Shown here piece by piece: positions 57,401 to 64,000 of a stretch of DNA of 64,000 nt; the first letter of the stretch is position 1, and the number at the start of each line of letters is the position of its first letter. A program made the position numbers and the translations under genes. This DNA is from a virus. Taxonomy: Duplodnaviria; Caudoviricetes. Where the stretch lies: IMG/VR virus record IMGVR_UViG_3300027770_000038, positions 32,001 through 96,000 of that record; one strand, written 5' to 3'. Under the pieces are notes generated by a model. The model made no database searches and had not been told where the DNA came from. It was given only the letters and a program-made list of their open reading frames with translations.

Positions 57401-58856
57401 AACTATACCAAATGACCAAGCGATTTTTAATTTTAACGACTTAAGCGATGACACTGGCAAAGGCTTTGATTCTACGTCATATAATGCTTATCTAATCGCC
57501 GTAGATTCCCTGATGTTCGCTTGGCAGTTTAATTCAAATGCAGGAGCAGTAAGAAATATTTTAGATTACTATTCTAGTTTTATTGATAAAGAGAGCATTC
57601 AAGGCAAAAAGTATGCTCAAATTAGTGATCCAATTATTATAAAACAAGAGGTATCAACTCCAATATCTTTCTCATTAGAATCAGTACTGAAAGATGCGGA
57701 CACAAGGTATATTCATTTTACAATTAACAAAACAATATTAACTGAAAGCACATTTGATACTAGCGTTAATACGCTCTCCTTTCCAGCTTATGCAATTTCT
57801 AGAAAGAGCGTAATTTATAAGCCTACTACAAACGCAAACCTATTAGCAGGAGCTAAAGATAATAGAGTATTATCTTCAGATCCAGATGGCACTATGGCTT
57901 ATTATAAACTCTCTTTGCAAAATAGAGATAATATACCTAATGTCTCTATATCTCCAAAAATACCCACAGGCAAGAGAGCTTATGTTTTAAATGGAAATAA
58001 GATTTTCACAAGAGCTTTAGTTGCTGACGCTGCTGCTCCTGTAAAATTATTAAAAGGAGTAGAATCAGAATTAGTGACTTCTAATGTGTTCAGTTCTAAA
58101 GTAAAAATCAGCAATAGTTCTTTTGGCGAAGGAGGCGAAGAATTCTTTGATATATCTATTACTAGACTGAACAACTCAACATTTACTGGTAATATAAAGA
58201 GCCTGATCCCTGACAATATAAACACTTATTTGATCCCTATAAATGCCGCAACTTCGAACACAGAAGCTAATGCAAAAGCAGTATTCAACAATGTATTAAA
58301 TGATGGACTACTTAACTCATCTTTTAACGCTGTAAACGTAACTCCTGAAAATAATTTTTCTGAACTTGGAGTTAGTACTAAATCTGTTGAGATATTCATA
58401 AATCCACAACCAAAAGACTTTACTATTTATACTATAAATAAAGCAACTACTGATTCATTGAGTAATGGCATAGCCACTTCGTTTTATGCTGGAGTCCCCG
58501 TTTTAGAAAACGAGTCTTTATCTGTTTCTTTTGCAATTGGAAATGTCAATAAGACTAAAGCTATAAAAGTGTATTGCTTCGCAGGAGAAGACTTTGTCGC
58601 CAGCGAAGTAGATAAGACTCAAATAATCCCCGGAGATGATAATATTATTAAGATCACCTTAAAAAACGTACCTTATGCAAATTATTATACTTATATTGGC
58701 AGTTACGCTGCGACCACATCAATAACTAATCCATACTTCTGGAAGTTTAAGAGCCCAAAGAATTTAGCTTTTGCACATTTAAATTTCAAAAATCTATTTC
58801 CTAAATATAATTTCCACATTCAAGCCTTAGAACTATCAATAGTAATAACTTACTAA
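51495..58856 (+). CDS. lambda gpJ-like tail tip (central fibre) protein with large insertions
   Basis: LLSEGPIGG, VKVPANYDP, WTDNPAWCFYD, EPRFTC and GCTSRGQAQRLGRW. Confidence 0.9.
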   Translation: MNNFEDFKYIKGFGGGGGASSQSPSPTSAYEDVEGFVYDGLAYNVYQFAKVKDLLSEGPIGGLLEGQYLFSGQVGDLGFKKVTYNEYPSVIGSDGESKYLRSVQWNQTPLLDSQDKYNFQQIDIQVTNGTPVGTSSGGEFDNVSYIRSIGERLRGPNQLATTEDDVLDYQRSYRILNRECKKMSLVFRVSSLYIALKYQDLEAVQEKGFKIEGVTAANKTNGNFTLDPSTREVELTDGKTLDAGVGSVIRHNFKIRVRISPIYKEGYNGNSATIPLTSDKVKVVNDAKDLVVSVDSFPQVFEIQSKGKVTQGYSKQVIFDASSKFLSLNDNENWLGWDISVLKITPEDTYSSRVSFVNLESITEIYSSSFRYTNSAIVTSKFNAAYFSKIPERSYDVKLLKVKVPANYDPITKTYGNTTPLSITETNSFKKTDKVITTDFFIGENNSYANSDNVNPPITDGLIAQFDASNPSLTTSAGGEVTSWPNTVAGTIKCVLGNGTYAAPAGTTARPKYGSSHSEQSPNGNYGVSFTTSQKARFVYQTEEASFSDASNNYTIFTVCKWHDSATSAERNKIISSSTTPSSFVLGFDAKFNSTFVIGAQVYGVMPINYYQFNRSNYWDTSNDTNTYIVGASVNNLKDINIFWQNTNHYAKPVFAVAAPKGLAINSAGATSRCTVFEILVYSKALSKSDGIKIRNWLNNKWNVTRNSVSTTTTTGSYNTNVLNVGASTYLKMPLKTLCANGQATKAYSYAGGNLAPSNYYQFDLIPQRYWKNSTAPSSFSLKDQGFCSFYCDFFIKLSASTSNGNYTLIHRDNQFNLSMTIAGQNVSLILTIISSNDGKKYTITKALDSTRYSTTRLKDAFTRISFYVLPKVVKPSISYNANAAKVTNINISDKNWTNGDIAVTRVTTNENEKALAQELKDFYLVKAVSFKEDTSYSSEISNLPETCYKYIYCGFFSSMAQLGGRSSPYSPVVERRLTKEYFPDILNAEIDVLVNLEKQIQCNINIANYSSYQTLCVGALLRPNSDTTFQNEINQRVQISAISQAALDAYNKLDAHKTFDGSSTSITLDSSQEQVKVLIPLAAGQIYDAANTKTGPFIPSYFIANNNQIEIFTDKSVEFGGKIQGFADSIRVNQIDFDRLSLAQAFARNLFSEGLSRKTVVYDAAGVLPYSTSNDYWDGEFKTNKEWTDNPAWCFYDLLTNKRYGVGNYVTENDVDKWSLYQIAKYCDELVSDGFGGVEPRFTCDLYIQSQDDALKVLSDMASVFRGMFYYSNGFIYAINDMPEETPIYSFTNSNVVDGNFNYESTSLKDRNSAVYVRYIDKNNFYKPAVEYVENIEAVRKFGFKETELTAFGCTSRGQAQRLGRWLLASEYNETETVSFESGPECVYLKPGDVIKVHDYNRKYKTVGGRLNNINISGGVNATTGILALDRKLDFNFSGNRNYKLTILSPKYNLDPSFQGAVTSNNDYNEYRKPLTNSFIINSGNLITGQYYDSIRITGLAPVMASGLNVTGLSYFTGASGMSPKSITWALENSGNLNGSTDSDYDFYRVFRIQESTEGSSYTVMGSQMYHLKYAQIESGLNITPAKAPAPEASAPSRALFTLGVTESNGVIDQSKVSVEIFYDSSIKDTTIGFKIFNKAFYGSDFNPNSSSDFTFVPIDIYESYVRTALDKEKIKGSIRIYGTNINNSSPLSYVEASSSDNSSEIFVSPIVAITYDDVNTSSSITVNNKVYSFGSPITLTKSEYFQSSIPSQVQSIKPSESLSFNIPLQFIKNPNKFNNLDYPYRIVIIPEKVDTKGAFSTIYDKYLNSSASWEEYLTFDEDSTDDNIYNYKTSNVLGRYRDFSLAIDKRTFTDSGMKSTSNDFKNADGFLLVTYDNQDLNLKASLNAILNDTRATYSIVTSQGSNRLRFTIQQNSASSFINAFYLLLIPSDSTFKFGVNSINHNSDGTPLSINDATGKEIIDSHFVTIPNDQAIFNFNDLSDDTGKGFDSTSYNAYLIAVDSLMFAWQFNSNAGAVRNILDYYSSFIDKESIQGKKYAQISDPIIIKQEVSTPISFSLESVLKDADTRYIHFTINKTILTESTFDTSVNTLSFPAYAISRKSVIYKPTTNANLLAGAKDNRVLSSDPDGTMAYYKLSLQNRDNIPNVSISPKIPTGKRAYVLNGNKIFTRALVADAAAPVKLLKGVESELVTSNVFSSKVKISNSSFGEGGEEFFDISITRLNNSTFTGNIKSLIPDNINTYLIPINAATSNTEANAKAVFNNVLNDGLLNSSFNAVNVTPENNFSELGVSTKSVEIFINPQPKDFTIYTINKATTDSLSNGIATSFYAGVPVLENESLSVSFAIGNVNKTKAIKVYCFAGEDFVASEVDKTQIIPGDDNIIKITLKNVPYANYYTYIGSYAATTSITNPYFWKFKSPKNLAFAHLNFKNLFPKYNFHIQALELSIVITY

Positions 58857-58857
58857 A

Positions 58858-59556
58858 ATGAAACACTACATAGTATATTTTATAAATGGCAGCTACAAAT
58901 ACTTGCAGTCTTCTCTTAATTTAATGGATAACCTAGATAGGCTTCATCTTGTAGGAGTAGACTACGAAGTAGTTGATTATATTGTACCATTAGAAAAACA
59001 TATTGACCAAAGCGTACTAGAATATAGAAAATTTTTACCTGATGGCAATTCGATATGGAAGAAAGAAGAGCTTATTAATAAAAGAGTAAAAGAAATCACT
59101 TCTAAAAGAAACGCTTTGCTTCAAAAGCTTGATATTGATTTTATTATATCATTGGAGACTCCTAACAATAAACAAACAGAGATTATCAAAAGGAACAAAA
59201 ACTTTTTAAGAGAACTCTCTTGCAGGACAGAAATGCATCACGTTCATGACTGCGAAAAGATCCACAAGTTTAATGCGTTTTATAATATAGTAGACATAGA
59301 AATTATTGACTCCGGTTACGGATGCTCAGAACCTGTTCCTTCTGTCTCTATAGCTCAACCTGAAGAAAATGAGTTTAATTATGGACTAATCGCTTCTGCT
59401 CATGCTATTAGAGGATCAAAAGGAGAGCTTCTTTCAGTAAGGATGGAAAAGCTAGGTAGTGGTTACATTTCAGATCCAGAGATTAAAATCAGCGGATACG
59501 AAGGAGAAAATACTAAACATCCTATTCTAAAAGCAGTGGTTTCGAATATAATGTAA
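58858..59556 (+). CDS. putative tail fibre assembly/structural protein
   Basis: KRNALLQKLD...FLREL resembles tail assembly chaperones; GSGY-type repeats. Confidence 0.45.
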   Translation: MKHYIVYFINGSYKYLQSSLNLMDNLDRLHLVGVDYEVVDYIVPLEKHIDQSVLEYRKFLPDGNSIWKKEELINKRVKEITSKRNALLQKLDIDFIISLETPNNKQTEIIKRNKNFLRELSCRTEMHHVHDCEKIHKFNAFYNIVDIEIIDSGYGCSEPVPSVSIAQPEENEFNYGLIASAHAIRGSKGELLSVRMEKLGSGYISDPEIKISGYEGENTKHPILKAVVSNIM

Positions 59557-59558
59557 GT

Positions 59559-60386
59559 ATGACAGATGTATTATTTTGTTTTGGTGATGAGTTTATTTAT
59601 TCTAATAATTTAGCGAATTGGTCAACAATAAATCCCGGTCAAGAGATTGAAATAATGGGGAACCTAGAGAAGTTCTCTGTCGTCCGCACAAATGTTATTA
59701 ATTACAATAAAGTCTTTACAGTAGAGTCGAATTCTACAATTAAAATCGATAGCGACATTAAAGATTTAGTTCTGGATGGAGATACTATTGATTGTTATTT
59801 TGTTACTTATTATACTGTATTAATTAATGAGATTACCGAAGCTGGGTCTGGATATAAAGTAAATGAATATGTTAACATTAATAAAAATGCTTATTTCGAT
59901 TCTAGCAACGATAGAAATGAAAGATCTATTCTCCAAGTCAAATCTGTTGATAGTAACGGAGGTATTACTGAACTCCATTTAATAAATAATGGAAAATTCA
60001 CTCAGAATTTCGAGCAAGCAGACCTAGATGGCGGCTCTGGCAAGGGAGCGAAAGTAAGCCTAATCCTAGGTAAGCACGACAAAAAGGTTTTAAAATTCTT
60101 CTCAGTATTAAACGTTAAGCGAGAACAGGGTTCTACTTTTGTAGAATTGGATGAAAAAATTAAAGATACCTTCCTTACTGGTGAGATTTATATAAAACGA
60201 TATCGCATCACTTTAAATAAACCTACAGGCAAAGAATACTCTAGCCATCCTTTTATTCTTAAAGTAGAGAAGACTCCTTTTTTAAACTTGCCACTAGCCA
60301 AAGATAACAATATAGAGCAAATCTATAATCAGGCTATACTGACTATAGACTCTAAGATTAAAGAATTATCTACTGGAGTAAAGTAA
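59559..60386 (+). CDS. putative virion structural protein
   Basis: AGSGY and GGSGKGA motifs common in baseplate/tail proteins. Confidence 0.45.
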   Translation: MTDVLFCFGDEFIYSNNLANWSTINPGQEIEIMGNLEKFSVVRTNVINYNKVFTVESNSTIKIDSDIKDLVLDGDTIDCYFVTYYTVLINEITEAGSGYKVNEYVNINKNAYFDSSNDRNERSILQVKSVDSNGGITELHLINNGKFTQNFEQADLDGGSGKGAKVSLILGKHDKKVLKFFSVLNVKREQGSTFVELDEKIKDTFLTGEIYIKRYRITLNKPTGKEYSSHPFILKVEKTPFLNLPLAKDNNIEQIYNQAILTIDSKIKELSTGVK

Positions 60387-63300
60387 TCCTCCGGGTCTCT
60401 TTTGTTCGACCAATACTTCAACAACTTTGCTTCTAAGTAACTCAGCAAGTTTGCCATTGTTTTGCATGCTGTTCTGATCGGTTTTGGAATTGGATGCGCC
60501 TTTTTGAGTGCTGGAGTTAGCTTCAGAGGTAACTTCGCCGCCTTGAGACATGTTGATTGAAATATTATTTACTACAGACATGCCAGACTCTTGGGTAGCT
60601 CCAGCAAGAGAAGACCTTCCTGATTCTGATTGAGTTATTCCCGAATCCTTAGATAAGTTATCATTTAAAGTATTCAATGCAGTTACTAATTCATCCATGC
60701 TAGAAGACTGGTCTGTATTACTTTGACCACTATAACTTGTGCCAACCATCCCGCCGCTAGCATATTTAGGAAGAGACCCAGAGTTTAATTGACCCATGAA
60801 ATCTTTGCCGTACATATCGACGGCTTTTTTATTCATGACGTATTCGCCGCCCATTAACAAAGCGGGAATATTGTCTTGGCCTGTAGAGCCGCCGCCAGCA
60901 AATTTAGCAATATAACCACCATTAGCTCTGCCATATTTTTTATATTGAGAATTTAATTCAGCCTGACTAAACCCAGAACCTCCGGGTTCTAATCCTGCTC
61001 CGGGGATATTTGAAGGAGTAGGACTTTTTCTTAAACTCTCTGCACCCGCTGTTAATCCAGCAGCGCCTATTTGAACAGCAGCAGCAGTTAATCCTGAATA
61101 GAAAGTGCTATTTACTTGATTTTTATAGTTTTTAATACTCTGCTTTTTATCTCTCTCATATTGCGCTCGGTCTTGTAAGTATTGATCGAGCTTCTCATAG
61201 CGGTCTTCTCTTAGCTTGTTTTGAGGATTACTGTCGTCAGTTAGGGCTGCGGCTGACAATCTAGAATCAACAGCGTATTCTCCAGAAGTTGGGCGATCAG
61301 GATTATCGTACAAGAATTCATTTTGTAATGGGCCAATAGAGAATCCTCCAGTTGCATATCTTGGGACGGCTCCACCATTTAAATTTCTTAAATAGTCAGT
61401 TCCATATTTATCAACAGAAGATTTCTTAATGACATACTCGCCGCCGCTCATCATCGCGGGCACATCATCTTTCATCCCAGAGCCGCCAGTAACCATACCT
61501 CCAGAATTATAGCCTTTAATTGGTCCTCCATCTTTTCTACCAGTAGCATAAGCCTTACCAAAAGCAAACAAAGCATCAACCCCCATCTCTAAAGACTTAT
61601 CAAGCATTCTATTTAAGATGCCTTGGAACATGTCTCTAAATGCATCCTTAAGGGTTTTAGTGCCTTTGATAGCTTCGCCAAATGCGCTGCCAATACCAGA
61701 CTTAAAATCAGTTTGAAATGTATCAATTAGTTGACCAGTGTCTTTTGCGAAGTCTGCTCTATTGTAAGTGGTATTTTTTTCAGTGATAGCTCCTATATCT
61801 ACATTCCCTTGTCGAGCTTCGCTTTCAATTTCAGCATTAGCAAAAGCCGCTCTTTCGTCTTTGAAAAACTTTTTACCATATGCTTTTTTATAATACAAAT
61901 CGAAATTATATTTGGCATTATCATTTTCTACCTGTAAACCTTTTTCTCTTAGCTCAATCTGCTTTTTTAAAAGCCTAGCCTCTTGTTCTGCGTTTTGATT
62001 TTTTTGAGCTAATAAACCTTCAACTTCTTTATTAAGAGCAGCAAGCTCTTCAGCATTACGAGTTCTAATAGCTCCACGCGCATTTACTTGGTTTACGTTC
62101 GCTCTTGTTCTCGCTAGTTCTTCAGGGACTTGCGGGTTTGGTTGACTATTAAATTCATAAAACTTAAATTGTTTTTGTGCATCAGTAGTTGTTTTTTTAC
62201 CGGACATTAAAGGAGACTCGGCCTCTAAGCTTCTTTGTCTGCGAGAATTTTCTTTTAAAGATTTTAAATCTTCAATAGACATTTGTTGGCCGAATTCTCT
62301 AAAGATTTGTTTCGCAAGCCCTTCATAAGTGGTAGTTAAATAATCTTGTTTTCCCGGCTCGTTGAACCTATTCATGTCGCCTTTTAAGTTTCCCAAAAGT
62401 TGTTCCAATTGTCTTGTATCCATCCCTTCATATTTGCTGTTTGCTACTGTAGACTTAGCTTCTTTTAATTTAGTTTCTGCTTCATAAGAAATTTGTGCGC
62501 TTTTACGAGAAGATTGTACAGCCTCTTCTTCTGTTTGATATCTTTGCAAGCCAGTTAAAATTTCATCCATTGCTGTTGGTGGTTGATATATTTGTAGTTC
62601 TTTAGGTTGAATAAGCGGTTGGACCTCTGCTTGCTTAATAGTTTTAAGGCTTTCTAAATAACTTTCTATATCTTTAATCTGTGCTGTCGTTGATAATTTT
62701 CTTTCTATATTATCTATAAATTTTACCTCTTTAGGTAGATTTGTTAAATCTCCTGTTTGATCTATCTTATCAGAAATAGCTCGTCTAATATCAGGGGCCG
62801 CAATTGGTAAAAGATTAGATCTTTCACTCAAAAGAGTCGCCCTTTGCGTGTTTGTAGAAAGTTTATTGATGACTCCTGTTAGAGACCCAGTCAATTCATC
62901 TAATTTAGAACCCACTTGGGTTGTTATAACTTTATTAAAGTTTTCATTTATACTAGTTGGCAAAGCGCTTGCTAAAAGCTCATTTTGTTTTTGAGTTAAA
63001 TCATTTAAATATCTCGCCTCTTGTTGAAGGACATCAAGGTAAGTTCCCATATTTTCTAACTTAAATTGAGAAGCAATTTGATCTAAAGCAGTTTTCACTG
63101 CGCCTTGGTTAGCTTGATCAAAAGCTGTACCCAAAGCAGTGCCTTCTGTTGATTTTCCTGTTTGAATTTCAGTAAGATCTTTAGCTAAATTTAAACTATC
63201 TCTTATTTGCTTCACTCTGCCAGCAATTGCTGTAGCTGCTAATGGATTTAAATCAGAGGAAACTTGTTTATTAAAGCTTTGAGCATTTGCAAATCCAGCA

Positions 63301-64000
63301 GGAGTTTCGGTTCCTCTATTTAACTGTAATTGATTAGTTAATACGTCTAAAAACTTAAAAGAAGTAGATCCCTTTTGAGCGGCACTTCCAATAGCATTAG
63401 TTTGTCTAAATTCTGAAACTAATTCAGAAAGACTATCGAAAAGATCAGATACCCCAGACTTGCCAGTTGAACCCAAAGCTTGGGCACCACCAGCAAAAGA
63501 GAGTCTTTGATTTAAAGCTAATGATTGTTTTTGATATTCTCTAGAAGCTTTTTGTATGTCTAAATCTACATCGCCTTGAGCTTTAATTCTTGCAAGTTCA
63601 TTTTGCAATTCGCTAAAAGAACTATCAAGGGACTGTATCAAAAGTTCAGAAGTTTCTTTTGTAAACGCTTTTTCCGGTCCCGTACTTTCTATTATTCGTT
63701 TTTTTAATGACTGTGTTATTGTGGAGACATCTCCTCCTGCATTTACCTGCCTTAATCCTTCGCTAATAAGAGGAGTTAAATTATTTATTTGTTGTTGAAA
63801 GACTGATCTTTCTTTTTGAATAGCCTTATCATCTCTAGCACCTTCAATAGCTGGTACTATTTTTGACCTAGCTTCTTCAGCTTTTTTAGTAATAGAATCT
63901 GAAAGAGAATCAAGGAACTTACCTGTGGCGTCTCTTATTTGAGAATTTTGTCTTGTATTTATTTCATTGACGTCTAATTGATTTTGGATATCATTTTTCG
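60366..64000 (-). CDS. tape measure protein, 3' part (5' end beyond window)
   Basis: The frame stays open from 63641 to the window edge; long helical A/Q/K/E-rich region and two GG.V...D.VPA.L..GEYV motifs. Confidence 0.85.
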   Translation of the reverse strand, partial: KNDIQNQLDVNEINTRQNSQIRDATGKFLDSLSDSITKKAEEARSKIVPAIEGARDDKAIQKERSVFQQQINNLTPLISEGLRQVNAGGDVSTITQSLKKRIIESTGPEKAFTKETSELLIQSLDSSFSELQNELARIKAQGDVDLDIQKASREYQKQSLALNQRLSFAGGAQALGSTGKSGVSDLFDSLSELVSEFRQTNAIGSAAQKGSTSFKFLDVLTNQLQLNRGTETPAGFANAQSFNKQVSSDLNPLAATAIAGRVKQIRDSLNLAKDLTEIQTGKSTEGTALGTAFDQANQGAVKTALDQIASQFKLENMGTYLDVLQQEARYLNDLTQKQNELLASALPTSINENFNKVITTQVGSKLDELTGSLTGVINKLSTNTQRATLLSERSNLLPIAAPDIRRAISDKIDQTGDLTNLPKEVKFIDNIERKLSTTAQIKDIESYLESLKTIKQAEVQPLIQPKELQIYQPPTAMDEILTGLQRYQTEEEAVQSSRKSAQISYEAETKLKEAKSTVANSKYEGMDTRQLEQLLGNLKGDMNRFNEPGKQDYLTTTYEGLAKQIFREFGQQMSIEDLKSLKENSRRQRSLEAESPLMSGKKTTTDAQKQFKFYEFNSQPNPQVPEELARTRANVNQVNARGAIRTRNAEELAALNKEVEGLLAQKNQNAEQEARLLKKQIELREKGLQVENDNAKYNFDLYYKKAYGKKFFKDERAAFANAEIESEARQGNVDIGAITEKNTTYNRADFAKDTGQLIDTFQTDFKSGIGSAFGEAIKGTKTLKDAFRDMFQGILNRMLDKSLEMGVDALFAFGKAYATGRKDGGPIKGYNSGGMVTGGSGMKDDVPAMMSGGEYVIKKSSVDKYGTDYLRNLNGGAVPRYATGGFSIGPLQNEFLYDNPDRPTSGEYAVDSRLSAAALTDDSNPQNKLREDRYEKLDQYLQDRAQYERDKKQSIKNYKNQVNSTFYSGLTAAAVQIGAAGLTAGAESLRKSPTPSNIPGAGLEPGGSGFSQAELNSQYKKYGRANGGYIAKFAGGGSTGQDNIPALLMGGEYVMNKKAVDMYGKDFMGQLNSGSLPKYASGGMVGTSYSGQSNTDQSSSMDELVTALNTLNDNLSKDSGITQSESGRSSLAGATQESGMSVVNNISINMSQGGEVTSEANSSTQKGASNSKTDQNSMQNNGKLAELLRSKVVEVLVEQKRPGGLLYSSR

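Noticed and set aside
60750-61520. Diversity-generating retroelement TR/VR pair
   Set aside because: Similarity is at protein level, differences are not adenine-specific, and no reverse transcriptase is in the window
362-61937. Numerous 60-140 aa ORFs antisense to or nested in long genes (e.g. 6679..7014, 7812..8171, 35654..36034, 49032..49445)
   Set aside because: Shadow frames of well-supported genes, with no motifs or expression signals
1-64000. Stop-codon reassignment
   Set aside because: The standard code gives dense, full-length genes, and TAA, TGA and TAG all end genes

Overview
An AT-rich segment of a large tailed dsDNA phage genome with a lambda-like tail tip. It has no tRNA, rRNA, CRISPR array or transposase that I can support. 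From left to right it contains: (1) small auxiliary genes (GT2-like protein, Hsp20 with a sigma-54-type promoter, dUTPase, dCMP deaminase); (2) a promoter-led, highly base-paired ~430-nt non-coding segment, a candidate novel ncRNA; (3) dNMP kinase, a phage sigma factor, an SSB-like protein, a GT4 and an intein-containing class II ribonucleotide reductase; (4) a 14-kb glycan island with about 10 glycosyltransferases, 4 methyltransferases and Gmd/ColD/ColC-like enzymes that match a GDP-colitose pathway; (5) a replication module with a RecA-like protein, endonuclease, DnaB, DnaG, a PD-(D/E)XK nuclease and a DnaE split into PHP, exonuclease and core genes; (6) a GT4 gene and an apparently split GT9; (7) a rearranged tail module with an IPT/LamG protein, three tube-like paralogues, M, L, two K paralogues, I, J and a partial tape measure gene. 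The best leads are a putative virion glycosylation system (colitose pathway plus S/T-G-rich tail proteins) and the structured ncRNA. All calls come from motif recognition by eye; no database searches or folding calculations were run.
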